DNA of 64,000 nucleotides from Candidatus Woesebacteria bacterium (GCA_018060845.1 JAGOVG010000004.1:12118-76117); one strand, 5' to 3'. Shown: positions 40,248-50,675, counted from the first letter of the stretch. Numbers and translations are program-made. The notes: a model not told the origin generated them from the letters alone.

Positions 40248-41870
40248 ATGCTAGTAGACGCACGCAATCTCAGTAAACACATTGGTAGCAAGATCCTTTT
40301 TGAGGGTCTGGAGCTATTTATCGATAATGGCGAAAAGGTCGCGCTCATTGGTCGTAACGGCCAGGGCAAATCAACCCTCCTAAATATCCTCGCAGACATA
40401 GACCAAGATTTTCTAGGTAACATTAGCCGCCAAAAAAACCTGCGCACAGTCTTAACCAGCCAGGAGCATTTAAATACTAAGGAATTAACTGTTCTAGATT
40501 ACATTCTCGGTAGTGTCCCCCATTATTTAGAGTATGAACAAGTCATCAAAGAATACGAAGAAGGCATCCATACTAACCACGACCACTTCTCCGACGCTGT
40601 CGAATACTTTTCTAACAACAACTACTGGCAGATCAAAGACCTGATTATCGAAACACTCTCTAGCTTTCAGCTAAGCGCGGATCACGCCACGGCTCCCCTT
40701 AGCATCCTCTCGGGTGGCGAAAAACGTTTTGTCGAACTCACTCGCATGATGTACTCTCAGGCTGATCTCCTATTAATCGACGAGCCCACCAACCATATGG
40801 ACTACATCGGCAAGGAGCGTTTTATCTCCTGGCTGGACTCAGTCAAACAGGGGTGTCTCGTTGTCACTCACGATCGTGACGTCCTCGGTCATGTCAATCG
40901 AATACTCGAACTCAAAGATAACAAGCTCTATTCCTACCCTGGTAACTATAGCAACTACTTAAAACAAAATACACTCAGTACCACTAGCTCTGTTGTACTC
41001 TACCAAAATCAGCTCAAAAGGCTGGCCGAGGCCAAGAAAAAAGTAGACTGGGGTCTCGCCATGCGCGCTAAAAGTAAGGCCTGGAAAATCCGCTATGATC
41101 ACTGGCAAAGAGACTACGACAAAATCAAGGCAGAGACAGTCAAGCCCTCTTTCTGGATCGACCAGGACTCTGTTGCGGATCTAGACAAGAGTGTCACCGA
41201 CTCTTACCACCAGTTTAAAGAAAAGAATGTCATCATCAAAACAAAGAGTGAGAAAGTAAAGCTCTCTCAACTCCTCAAGATTGAGCGACTCTCGCTAGGA
41301 TATGATGCTCCATTGTTTAAAAATATTAACTTTAGTATAGGCTCAGGCGATCGGGTTTTTATCAAAGGCCGTAATGGTGCAGGCAAAAGCACACTGGTCA
41401 AAACTATCCTCAGCCAGTATACAAATCATCCCTGCTCCTCAACTATCTATGATGGTGCTATCACGCTCAATAAAAAAATAAAAATTGGCGAATATAACCA
41501 AGAGTTTGACAAGGAACTTCTTCACCTCACACTCGAAAAGGCAGTTAGTCATGCCTACCTAGAACATGGTATTACCATCGACGATCGTGAAGTCAAAAAA
41601 ATACTCTCCCAATACTTATTCAATCCAAGTAGCGATGGCAAGTTAAGTCTGAGCAGTCTCTCTGGTGGTCAAAAAGCACGCTTCCAACTAATACGGATGT
41701 TAATCGGCGATCCCAATCTCCTCATCCTCGACGAGCCCACTAACCACCTCGACCTCCCCTCAATCGAGGAGCTAGAAAACGCGCTTCTTTCATATCACGG
41801 AGGTCTTCTCTACATCTCCCACGACACCAACTTTATCAATCACATGAGTGGTGAAGTGATCAAGATTTAA
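40248..41870 (+). CDS. ABC-F family ATPase (tandem ABC domains, no TM)
   Basis: Two Walker A sites (GRNGQGKST, GRNGAGKST) and two ABC signatures (LSGGEKRF, LSGGQKARF) with an interdomain linker. Confidence 0.85.
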   Translation: MLVDARNLSKHIGSKILFEGLELFIDNGEKVALIGRNGQGKSTLLNILADIDQDFLGNISRQKNLRTVLTSQEHLNTKELTVLDYILGSVPHYLEYEQVIKEYEEGIHTNHDHFSDAVEYFSNNNYWQIKDLIIETLSSFQLSADHATAPLSILSGGEKRFVELTRMMYSQADLLLIDEPTNHMDYIGKERFISWLDSVKQGCLVVTHDRDVLGHVNRILELKDNKLYSYPGNYSNYLKQNTLSTTSSVVLYQNQLKRLAEAKKKVDWGLAMRAKSKAWKIRYDHWQRDYDKIKAETVKPSFWIDQDSVADLDKSVTDSYHQFKEKNVIIKTKSEKVKLSQLLKIERLSLGYDAPLFKNINFSIGSGDRVFIKGRNGAGKSTLVKTILSQYTNHPCSSTIYDGAITLNKKIKIGEYNQEFDKELLHLTLEKAVSHAYLEHGITIDDREVKKILSQYLFNPSSDGKLSLSSLSGGQKARFQLIRMLIGDPNLLILDEPTNHLDLPSIEELENALLSYHGGLLYISHDTNFINHMSGEVIKI

Positions 41871-41904
41871 GTCGTGCTATAATATAGGATATTGTCTCAC
41901 TTCG

Positions 41905-43095
41905 TTGGTCGGATTGTCTTACTCTCCCTTTTGTCGTGTCTCAGTTCTCTCTATGACCACAGCCACTCGCCTCGATCTCCTCATCCTCTACAACGGTAAT
42001 ACCGCCTGGAGTGCTGCATCAAAAACTAAACAACCATTTCCTCTCAAATCTATTAATAATCCTTGCAATATCGCTTATAGCTACTTTTTAGATTACTGTC
42101 GCTCTATAGGGTTTAACGCAGGTTTCTCTACCTCTAGCGACATCATAGGTCCAGGACTCTGCTCTAGTTACTGGATCTACCAAGGCAATACCTGGCAAAA
42201 AGTAAATAAACCATGCCAGAGTAACGTAGTCTACGACAAGTTTAGTCCAAAAAATGAAGCTGACTTATCACGCCAATCACTCTTCTTTTCCAGGGGTATA
42301 AAGAGATACAACTCCGAGCAGATCTCACAGATTTTCTTTGACAAAAACAATACTCACTCTAGCCTCCTCTCGCATACTATTCCAACTGTCGCCATTACCA
42401 AACCCACGCTTAGCGCCATAAAATTAGCCACCACCCTACTCACCGGTTTAGCCAAAACTGGAATACTCGCCGGCGATTTTGGCCAAGACTTTATCCTCAA
42501 AGACCGCTACGGTGCTGGTGGCTGGCACGTCTACAAAATCAGTAGTGTTAATAGCACCAAAGAGATCCAAAAGGTTATGTATGCTAACCAAAAAACTTCA
42601 TTTATTCTACAGCCCTTCGCCCTGTTTGATCGCGGTTTTGTCTATGACAATGCAGCAGTTCCGACCGATATCCGTATGATCTATCTAGGAGGGCAGTTCT
42701 TATTCAGCTATCTCCGTTTCCCCAAGAGTGGCGACTTTCGCTGCAACGAACACCAAGGTGGATCATCTGTTTATATCAAAGAAAGTGAGATCCCACTAAA
42801 CATCAAGGTAAAAGCCGACCTAATCGCCGATAGTCTCAAAACCAAGGCGCTCATAGCTCTAGATTTTATCGTAACCAACTCTGGTACTCCTTATTTAATC
42901 GAGGGCAATACTGGCCCAGGCCTAAGCTGGGACCAGAATAACAAAAAAGAAGTTTTTAAGGGCAAAAAGTTAATCCGCGGTATAGTAGACCAGTTGGCTG
43001 GTAGAATTGGCGTCTCAAAAACAAATTCTAACAATAACTCCACACGTCCCAACCGCTACACCCCTACTGCACTGTCTATTTTGCAATCTGTATAG
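41905..43095 (+). CDS. ATP-grasp-fold protein of unknown specificity
   Basis: …ILKDRYGAGGWHVYKI… and C-terminal …ALDFIVTNSGTPYLIEGNTGPG resemble ATP-grasp (RimK/GshB-like) motifs. Confidence 0.45.
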   Translation: MVGLSYSPFCRVSVLSMTTATRLDLLILYNGNTAWSAASKTKQPFPLKSINNPCNIAYSYFLDYCRSIGFNAGFSTSSDIIGPGLCSSYWIYQGNTWQKVNKPCQSNVVYDKFSPKNEADLSRQSLFFSRGIKRYNSEQISQIFFDKNNTHSSLLSHTIPTVAITKPTLSAIKLATTLLTGLAKTGILAGDFGQDFILKDRYGAGGWHVYKISSVNSTKEIQKVMYANQKTSFILQPFALFDRGFVYDNAAVPTDIRMIYLGGQFLFSYLRFPKSGDFRCNEHQGGSSVYIKESEIPLNIKVKADLIADSLKTKALIALDFIVTNSGTPYLIEGNTGPGLSWDQNNKKEVFKGKKLIRGIVDQLAGRIGVSKTNSNNNSTRPNRYTPTALSILQSV

Positions 43096-43802
43096 CATTT
43101 TATTGTTCCTGCAGTTTTTCTGTACCACCTAGCAGGTGTTTCTAAGTGACTGCCATCTTCGCTTGCCAACTTCTTCATCGCCTTCATCTTGCCCTCACCC
43201 ATCACCACCATAACTCCATATGCAATCATCGCCAAAAAGTTAAATGTAGTTGTTACTCTTTCACGCGCCCCATCGAGCTGAGTTGGGACCACCAACTCTT
43301 CTACCCACCTTGTATTAGTCGGACTAAATATCTGTTCAAAATTATTCCCACTTGGGATAAGGCCAGCCGTATGTCCGTCATCACCCATCCCAATTGTCGC
43401 GACAATTTTCCCAAGTGGATTATTTTCGTGCCATCTATGGAGTGCGAGGTCGAAGCTCGTTCTCAGATCACTGCTTGTTTCACCATTTTTTACTCTTGTA
43501 TCAATAAACTCGCGACATCCAGCTTCTATAGCTTTGCCAATAAATCCTGACTTAACTAATTGTGCATAGTTGCTAAAGTTTTCATCGTCGGTATACCTCT
43601 CGTCTAATACTCCAATCTTTACATGAGACCCAAGTACGCTAAAATCAAAACCAGATTCAAGTATTTTTAGTGCGGAACCTCCAGACAATAATAGAAGTAC
43701 GTTAAGTCCCAGCATTTTATATTCACCTAGTTTTGAAAGTAAATCATGCTGAACCTCTGCAATAACTTGGTCACCTGACTCTTTATAGTTAATTTCCAAC
43801 AT
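43056..43802 (-). CDS. pgl: 6-phosphogluconolactonase / NagB-fold sugar-phosphate isomerase family
   Basis: …LLLSGGSALK… motif and the fold pattern of the DevB/Pgl family. Adjacent to zwf. Confidence 0.6.
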   Translation of the reverse strand: MLEINYKESGDQVIAEVQHDLLSKLGEYKMLGLNVLLLLSGGSALKILESGFDFSVLGSHVKIGVLDERYTDDENFSNYAQLVKSGFIGKAIEAGCREFIDTRVKNGETSSDLRTSFDLALHRWHENNPLGKIVATIGMGDDGHTAGLIPSGNNFEQIFSPTNTRWVEELVVPTQLDGARERVTTTFNFLAMIAYGVMVVMGEGKMKAMKKLASEDGSHLETPARWYRKTAGTIKCYTDCKIDSAVGV

Positions 43803-43850
43803 TACTTAATTTTACCACTCCTACAGCCAGCTACATGTTAAACTACCCGT

Positions 43851-45278
43851 ATGGACAACTTTACCCTCGTCATTGTCGGAATCACTAGCAATCTAGCTCA
43901 GCTTAAGCTCATCCCGACGCTTTATGATCTAGTGGCTAGTGGCCATATGCCCTCTGACTATCGCCTTATCGGGATCGGCCGCACTCAGATGGATCATGCT
44001 GGCTTTGCCGAGTTTGTCGACCGCGTCCTACACACCCCCAATCGCCATCACACGCACGATATCGACCCAAAAATCCAGGCAGAGCTAATGTCTCACCTAA
44101 CCTACCTGCCTGCCGACTTAACTAGTCCTGATAGCTATACTCTCCTCGCTGAGACGCTAAAAGATACTCCCTCCAACCGCCTGTTCTACCTCGCTACCTT
44201 CCCCTCCCTTTACGAATCAATTTTTAATAATCTAAAAACTGCCGGCCTAATCCACGAATCTAAGGGTAGCTGGGTCAGGTTAATGATCGAAAAGCCAATC
44301 GGTCACGACGAAGATAGTGCCAGGGAGCTAAATACCCTACTAACCTCGCATTTTCGCGAAGATCAGCTCTTCCGCCTCGATCACTACCTCGGCAAAGAAA
44401 CACTCCAGAACATACTCACCTTCCGCTTTGGCAACGGTCTGCTCGAACCCCTCATGAACGCTCAGTACATCGACCACATCCAGGTAACTGCCGCGGAGGA
44501 CTTTGGGATCGGCGCACGAGGTAGCTACTATGACCAAAATGGGGCGTTAAAGGACGTGGGTCAAAACCACCTACTCCAGATGATCGCACTAGCCACCATT
44601 GACGCGCCAATTAGCTACAAAACCCAAGATATTATGGCAAAAAGAGTCGAGGCCATTGAGTCGCTAGTCCCAGAGCCCAGTAGCTTGGTATTAGGCCAGT
44701 ATGACGGGTATCTCAAAGAGCAAGATGTCTCCCCTCTCTCCGTCAAAGACACTTACTTTGCTTTTCGCACCCATCTCACTAGCACCCGATTTGCCGGTGT
44801 GCCGATCTATGTTAGAGGTGGCAAAAAACTAGCTCGCACAGCGACCGAGATCTCAATAGTTTTTAAAAATAGCGCCGAGCGAGTACTCTCTCATCTCCCA
44901 GGCGGCTCGGCTCCCAATGTCTTAATTTATCGTATCCAGCCCAACGAGGGGATCGTGCTTAAGATGCTAACCAAAGTCCCAGGTCACGAACTAAAAGTCG
45001 AAGAGGCCTACATGCAGTACTGCTACCCGAGGGATAAGGATCTGCCTGACGCCTACGAGCGACTCATAATCGATGCTATCCGCGGTGACCAGACATTCTT
45101 TAACGACAGTCGTGAGGTCGAGGCACAGTGGCGCTTTACCGACGAGCTTTATACCGCAGTTACAGGTACTCCAGAACTCTATCTACCTGGGTCCTGGGGA
45201 CCCACTGGGGCTGACGCAATGATCCAAAAAGATGGCCGCACCTGGCTCGAGCCGTCTATCGCTTTCTGCAACTTTTGA
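43851..45278 (+). CDS. zwf: glucose-6-phosphate 1-dehydrogenase
   Basis: N-terminal dinucleotide-binding motif and the G6PD signature RLDHYLGKE. Confidence 0.85.
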   Translation: MDNFTLVIVGITSNLAQLKLIPTLYDLVASGHMPSDYRLIGIGRTQMDHAGFAEFVDRVLHTPNRHHTHDIDPKIQAELMSHLTYLPADLTSPDSYTLLAETLKDTPSNRLFYLATFPSLYESIFNNLKTAGLIHESKGSWVRLMIEKPIGHDEDSARELNTLLTSHFREDQLFRLDHYLGKETLQNILTFRFGNGLLEPLMNAQYIDHIQVTAAEDFGIGARGSYYDQNGALKDVGQNHLLQMIALATIDAPISYKTQDIMAKRVEAIESLVPEPSSLVLGQYDGYLKEQDVSPLSVKDTYFAFRTHLTSTRFAGVPIYVRGGKKLARTATEISIVFKNSAERVLSHLPGGSAPNVLIYRIQPNEGIVLKMLTKVPGHELKVEEAYMQYCYPRDKDLPDAYERLIIDAIRGDQTFFNDSREVEAQWRFTDELYTAVTGTPELYLPGSWGPTGADAMIQKDGRTWLEPSIAFCNF

Positions 45279-45443
45279 TTATTTTCTAATATATTTGTAT
45301 CCGTAAACAAAGCTAACTACACCTAGTATCACGAGTACCCACAGAGATGGGCTAGTTATTATGTAGCTAAAATCTGTAATAACTACGAACACAAAATAGA
45401 ACAGTGAAAAATAATACAATGCAGGGTGTATCTTGTTTTTCAT
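45279..45443 (-). CDS. unannotated small hydrophobic peptide (54 aa)
   Basis: Not in the ORF track. ATG at 45443 is preceded by AGGAGG 8 nt upstream. MKNKIHPALYYFSLFYFVFVVITDFSYIITSPSLWVLVILGVVSFVYGYKYIRK. Confidence 0.4.
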   Translation of the reverse strand: MKNKIHPALYYFSLFYFVFVVITDFSYIITSPSLWVLVILGVVSFVYGYKYIRK

Positions 45444-45464
45444 CAACTATCCTCCTAGTATTTA

Positions 45465-46346
45465 TTATTTCGTTTTCCTAACTGGGTGTCCCCCAAACTT
45501 CCCACGCATGGCGGATACCACTTTGTCCCTGTAGTCCTCACTATCTGCAGTAGATCTTTTTCGGACCTCCAGCGACTCTTCAATTATTGGTACATCGATT
45601 TCTAACTCTTTTGCAGCTTGGATAGTCCACTCCCCCTCGCCCGTATGATCAATTTTTGATGAGATATCAGTTAGCTCTGGATCTTCGGCTAATGCCTCTT
45701 GCGTCCAGCCGACCAGTCGCGACTCAATCACCGAGCGGTTGTTATAAATCTCAAATACCTTGGCCATATCAATATTAAACTCACTCTTTTTAAGGACTGC
45801 AGCCCCCTCCGCAATCGCCTGCATCATGCCGTACTCTATCCCGTTATGTACCATCTTGGCAAAGTGACCAGCACCAACCGACCCCATTAGCCCATATGCA
45901 CCAGTGGCTGCCATCGCCTCCCAGATAGGTTTTAAGCGCTCGTAAGTAGTTCTATCTCCCCCGATCATCAGACATGCTCCGTTTCTTGCACCCTTTGGCC
46001 CACCAGACACACCAACATCCATATAGCCAATACCATTCGCTTCTAGCTCTTTTGCGCGGCGCAGAGTATCACTATAGCGACTGTTACCTCCGTCAATTAT
46101 CAGATCTCCCTTGGCGAGCAATGGCTTAATTTTGGCAATAAACTCATCAACTATCTGCCCGGCAGGCAGCATGAGCCAGATTATGCGCTCCCCTGCTGTT
46201 AATCCCGCAATCATTGTGTCAACACTCTCCACATTTTTTAGTGCATGATCGCTCCTATTCCAGGCTAGTACTTCATGTCCTTTTTCTTGGAGCTGGGCGA
46301 CCAGTCCTGCACCCATTTTCCCTAGACCTAAAAATCCGATTTTCAT
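45465..46346 (-). CDS. gnd: 6-phosphogluconate dehydrogenase, short NAD(P)-binding form
   Basis: MKIGFLGLGKMGAGL Rossmann N-terminus and …DVGVSGGPKGARNGACLMIGG… typical of the 6PGDH family; 293 aa. Confidence 0.7.
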   Translation of the reverse strand: MKIGFLGLGKMGAGLVAQLQEKGHEVLAWNRSDHALKNVESVDTMIAGLTAGERIIWLMLPAGQIVDEFIAKIKPLLAKGDLIIDGGNSRYSDTLRRAKELEANGIGYMDVGVSGGPKGARNGACLMIGGDRTTYERLKPIWEAMAATGAYGLMGSVGAGHFAKMVHNGIEYGMMQAIAEGAAVLKKSEFNIDMAKVFEIYNNRSVIESRLVGWTQEALAEDPELTDISSKIDHTGEGEWTIQAAKELEIDVPIIEESLEVRKRSTADSEDYRDKVVSAMRGKFGGHPVRKTK

Positions 46347-46363
46347 ATCACGCCTTTCAAATA

Positions 46364-48040
46364 TTAATAGTTTATTATTTGGCCAGATGTATCACGATCA
46401 AAATCTGTGTTACGCTCACTCGCCGGCTGTCGAGACATGCGTTCGATTAGGTCTCTTGACATTACCATATACTTTTCCAACTCAGCATGGGGCAGTTCCG
46501 ATTGCATTCTCTGCATATAGGCTTTAGCCGCATAATTACTTGCCCAAATCCCATTTTCACCACTATTATTTTTGTTGATGTAGTAAAACGACAAGTTGCT
46601 AATAATCCAGCTCGCATACCAGACTTCACGCCTCTGTTCGAGTTTAATAACTTCAGTATTCTTAGTAGCCTCGTCTAGCGTTTTAGTCGCCCAAGCATAT
46701 GATGATTTCATACCATCGTATCCATCAAATCCTAGTTTTGACATATATAGATAATCAACGCGTCCGTTGACTGTTGGTGGATTTTTTACGACTATTCTCT
46801 CTGGTTTTAGCCAAATAAATCCAAATATCACAATCAAGCTCCAGACTACTTCAACAGTTACTAATCCGCTTCTTCGAACATATCTGAGCGCTTGCCAGAT
46901 CAACATCCCTGTAAGCCAGATTAAGAACGCGACTCCATAAATTCTTGACAACGTCTGTCCATGATATTGCTGATAAAGCCAGACTCTACGAAAAATGGAG
47001 ATGATAAATATTAAAAGCTCAATTCCTAATATAATATGTAACATCTGGAGGACTTTTTGCATTCTTGCCGACGTATATTTGTATGTCAAAATTGCCATCC
47101 ATGACACAGCCCACAGTAAGCCAACAACTGCCAGCAGTTCCCCAAACCCACGTGTCACATATTCCGAATATGTCGCTACCCCAAACTGAGACAAATCTGT
47201 TTCTTTGACCACATTGGCAAAAACATACGGCCACTGCACAGCCAAAAACACTCCCAACACCACAACAATCATAGAAACGACAACACTCACCTCGCTCGTC
47301 CATGTCATTTTTTCCAACATCACAACTGGGCTAACAAATCTTCGCTTTATCTCTGCAAATACCACAGGTATAAGTAGTACAAATAGAATACTCGAGATCA
47401 TGATCCTCGTGAGCGTCTCACCTTCCAATTCAAACTTTAGTAATCGATGAACATAATCAGCAAATACAGGGTCGCCCTGCGTCAGGAGTGATGTGAGAAC
47501 GACTACGACTGGCACACCCAACACTACTCCGATCAGCAGAGCTCTGTAGCTCCCTGCCTGCCCCACACTCTTTACCTTACCGGTACTACCCACAATGCTT
47601 AGAATGCTTGTTGAGACAACATTGATCATTCCCATGATATATCCCCCGAACAATCTGGGAACAATCATCATTAACTCAAAAATACCGCCAAAAGATCTCT
47701 CAATCAAGCCAGAGTAATAGAGTACAAGGGTAGATGAGAGCGACACCATAATAAGAAGTGAGGTTTTTATCGCATCCGTCACAAAAATGAGACAGATCGC
47801 AGACGCTAGAACTACAATCCCAGTCCCAACTTTTAGCTTGTAAATATTCTTAGCTTTATTACCAATCAGTAAGAATGTATACAACCACAAGCCAACCAAG
47901 AGTGTAGCGATCCCACTAGACCAAAACGGATGAAAGAAAAAAAGATTAAAGAATAAAACTAATAAGAGACTAAGTATTATTCCTCGTCTAGTAGAAAAAC
48001 CCATGTAGTCACTAGTAAATTTCATCAATTTGTTCTGCAT
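46364..48040 (-). CDS. large polytopic membrane protein, hypothetical
   Basis: 558 aa with about 12 or more TM helices and a C-terminal soluble domain. Confidence 0.55.
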   Translation of the reverse strand: MQNKLMKFTSDYMGFSTRRGIILSLLLVLFFNLFFFHPFWSSGIATLLVGLWLYTFLLIGNKAKNIYKLKVGTGIVVLASAICLIFVTDAIKTSLLIMVSLSSTLVLYYSGLIERSFGGIFELMMIVPRLFGGYIMGMINVVSTSILSIVGSTGKVKSVGQAGSYRALLIGVVLGVPVVVVLTSLLTQGDPVFADYVHRLLKFELEGETLTRIMISSILFVLLIPVVFAEIKRRFVSPVVMLEKMTWTSEVSVVVSMIVVVLGVFLAVQWPYVFANVVKETDLSQFGVATYSEYVTRGFGELLAVVGLLWAVSWMAILTYKYTSARMQKVLQMLHIILGIELLIFIISIFRRVWLYQQYHGQTLSRIYGVAFLIWLTGMLIWQALRYVRRSGLVTVEVVWSLIVIFGFIWLKPERIVVKNPPTVNGRVDYLYMSKLGFDGYDGMKSSYAWATKTLDEATKNTEVIKLEQRREVWYASWIISNLSFYYINKNNSGENGIWASNYAAKAYMQRMQSELPHAELEKYMVMSRDLIERMSRQPASERNTDFDRDTSGQIINY

Positions 48041-48063
48041 TAGATCTCCTAATTCTATTCTCT

Positions 48064-49155
48064 TTAATCTTGTGTCGCAACAGAGTTAAACCATTCTACA
48101 TCCCTGCCGACTACTGTATTCCAAGTGGCCTGTCCGCCTGACTGCCTGCCCACAGTGCTACGCTCAGCGTTGTAGGCGGGCGCAGCTGTCGGCTGGAGCC
48201 TCATATTGTGGTCAGCTCCAGGATACTCATAGTACGTGTAACTTTTATTTTGTTCCTTTAACCTCGTTTCTAGCTCGCGGCTCCATTCGACTGGTACTGC
48301 ATCATCCACTGTCCCCTGGTGAACAACGAGCGGGATCTGGATCCAGTCCAAGTGGCGATCAATCGAGTATTTATATACGTCATAGTCTGCTTCAAACTTT
48401 GCTATCTCACTCCGCAGCCACTTACCCTGATCGTCTGCCTCGTCAGTATAAAAAAGAATGTTGTAAGGAAACGGCTTGGACACCGGCGCCCAGAGTGTTG
48501 CTCCCAATACCCCAACTTGCCCACTCGACCCTTTTATCTTTAACCTTTGACCTAGCACTTCTGCCACCGATAACATGATCTGCCCGCCGTTAGAGTGCCC
48601 CCATAAGTAGACTCGGGTTAAATCAACTTGTGGTAGCGATGATAGACTGGCTATTAAATCTAGCATTTCGACCGGCTTTACTAGCCTGGCCCCAAGCGCG
48701 TTAGGATCTTCAGGATCAGATTGCCCATATCCCGAAAAATCAGGAGCTATCGTGATATACCCATTCTTTGCATAGACCGCTGCCGCATTACGAGTCCCAG
48801 TACCTGTGGTATAGCCATCTTTCTCAACGTAGCCTCGGGCCATTACTATTACTCCCATGAGCCGCGATAAATTCGGTAGGTTAAGCTGTCCTGAGATCCT
48901 CCTCCCCTCACTACTATAGTAAAAAATATAACTTGAGTACTCAGGAGTCGTTGCGATCTCCTCCCCGAGCTCAATTACACTAGCTTTATCAACACGGGAT
49001 ACCAGCCGCTCAAAACTATATTTGTCGTATGGCTTCTCAACAATTGCCACCTCCCCCTTAGGATCTACCATCTCCTGGGTATTCCATGTTTTGGAATACA
49101 AAAAACCTGCTATCACTAGCACTAGTACCGAGATCACTATCCACAGCTTCTTCAT
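48064..49155 (-). CDS. secreted or membrane-anchored alpha/beta hydrolase (paralog of 6965..8023)
   Basis: N-terminal TM. GHSNGG nucleophile elbow and conserved C-terminal YEYPGADH. Confidence 0.6.
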   Translation of the reverse strand: MKKLWIVISVLVLVIAGFLYSKTWNTQEMVDPKGEVAIVEKPYDKYSFERLVSRVDKASVIELGEEIATTPEYSSYIFYYSSEGRRISGQLNLPNLSRLMGVIVMARGYVEKDGYTTGTGTRNAAAVYAKNGYITIAPDFSGYGQSDPEDPNALGARLVKPVEMLDLIASLSSLPQVDLTRVYLWGHSNGGQIMLSVAEVLGQRLKIKGSSGQVGVLGATLWAPVSKPFPYNILFYTDEADDQGKWLRSEIAKFEADYDVYKYSIDRHLDWIQIPLVVHQGTVDDAVPVEWSRELETRLKEQNKSYTYYEYPGADHNMRLQPTAAPAYNAERSTVGRQSGGQATWNTVVGRDVEWFNSVATQD

Positions 49156-50616
49156 TTAGATTTTGGTAGCTCTAGTTTTGCCACCCTTATCCTCCAGCTT
49201 ATAACCTAGCTTCTCGATATCCATTCGTATTTTGTCTGCTTGTGCGTAGTCTTTTTTGACTCTTGCCTCGTCTCGCTGTGAGATCAGTTCTTTGATCTGC
49301 TCTGGCGTCTCTGTATTTAGCTCAAAATTTGCATATCCTAGATTTAGTCCTAGCACCTTATCCCACTCCCGCATTAGATCTAATTTGTCATAGTTTGGTA
49401 TATTACTCTTGACCATGTCCCAGAGTGTGGCAATAGCGCGTGGTAAGTCGAGATCGTTCTCGAGCGCCGCTTTAAAGCTATTCTGATATTCTTCGATCTG
49501 TGCCGCTTTTTCACTTGATAACTCTGTACGGTTAGCCTGATCGCCCGCAAAGCTCTGGTAGTACCCCCTAAGCTTTCCTAGTGCAACCGACGCGCCTTTG
49601 AGCGACTCCCACGTAAAGTTAAGCTGACGGCGGTAATGTCCAGTCATATAAAAGTAACGTAGCGATAATGGGTCATATCCGCGACTCTCAATATCTGAGA
49701 CCGTATAGGCATTCCCCAGGCTCTTACCCATTCTCCCGCCATCAACGAGTAGAAATGCTCCATGCACCCATGTCGTAACGAATGGCTTTTTGCCAGTCGC
49801 TCCCTCGGCCTGTGCAATCTCGTTGGGGTGGTGGGTACTGCGCAAGTCCTCTCCACCCACGTGGATATCAAATTGGTCACCCAGGTATTTCGTACTCATC
49901 GCCGAACACTCTATGTGCCAGCCAGGGAATCCAGTCCCCCAGGGCGACTCCCACTCCATGTCGCGCTTTCCACTAGCCTGTCCTGAGCCTGCCGAAGGAT
50001 TAGGACTAAATTTCCAGAGAGCAAAATCACGTGGGTCTTTCTTTTCTTTGTTTGGCTCGAGCCGCGCCCCAAACTTGATTTGGTCTAGTGTCGATAACTC
50101 TCCATATTTATTGCCTGCTGCATCATAGGCTGCTACATCAAAATAAAGTCCGTCGGAGATGGTATAGACTAACCCCCGAGCCTGTAATGCCTCAACCATT
50201 TTGATCTGCTCTGGGATGTGTTCGGTAGCTAGGCAGACCACGCTCGGCCGCTTAATCCCGAGTCTCTGCATATGGTCAAAGAACTCTTTGGCATATGCCT
50301 CACTGATCTCCCATGCCGTCTTACCCTCTTTTTTGGCCGCTTTCTCGAGCCTGTCCTCACCTTGACTAGAGTCCCCTTCGTTATCACCCGTGAGGTGTCC
50401 TACGTCTGTTAAGTTCATCACATGCGTAACGTCATACCCTAGATACTCAAGCGATCGAGCTAGGATGTCAGACAGAGTATAAGTACGAAAGTTGCCAATG
50501 GTAGGCGTCGAGTACACAGTCGGTCCACAGGTATACATCCCGATCTTGCCGCTCTCTCTTGGTGTTACTTCTTCAACAGTCCGGCTTAGTGAGTTAAATA
50601 GCTTCATAAACCACAT
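49156..50616 (-). CDS. cysS: cysteine--tRNA ligase
   Basis: Class I HIGH region (CGPTVYSTPTIGN), zinc-binding Cys, and KMSKS-like KMGKSLGN. Probable true start is the second Met (about 50607). Confidence 0.9.
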   Translation of the reverse strand: MWFMKLFNSLSRTVEEVTPRESGKIGMYTCGPTVYSTPTIGNFRTYTLSDILARSLEYLGYDVTHVMNLTDVGHLTGDNEGDSSQGEDRLEKAAKKEGKTAWEISEAYAKEFFDHMQRLGIKRPSVVCLATEHIPEQIKMVEALQARGLVYTISDGLYFDVAAYDAAGNKYGELSTLDQIKFGARLEPNKEKKDPRDFALWKFSPNPSAGSGQASGKRDMEWESPWGTGFPGWHIECSAMSTKYLGDQFDIHVGGEDLRSTHHPNEIAQAEGATGKKPFVTTWVHGAFLLVDGGRMGKSLGNAYTVSDIESRGYDPLSLRYFYMTGHYRRQLNFTWESLKGASVALGKLRGYYQSFAGDQANRTELSSEKAAQIEEYQNSFKAALENDLDLPRAIATLWDMVKSNIPNYDKLDLMREWDKVLGLNLGYANFELNTETPEQIKELISQRDEARVKKDYAQADKIRMDIEKLGYKLEDKGGKTRATKI

Positions 50617-50620
50617 GATA

Positions 50621-50675
50621 CCAGAAAACTCCGAAAACTCTGATTATCCAGAATTTCGGAAAACCTGATAATATC
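50621..50675. repeat. upstream flank of four-helix-bundle cassette 1: (GAAAACTC)x2-CTGATTATCCAG…
   Basis: Inverted relative to 51053..51081. Homologous to the 63460..63520 flank of copy 3. Confidence 0.65.
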
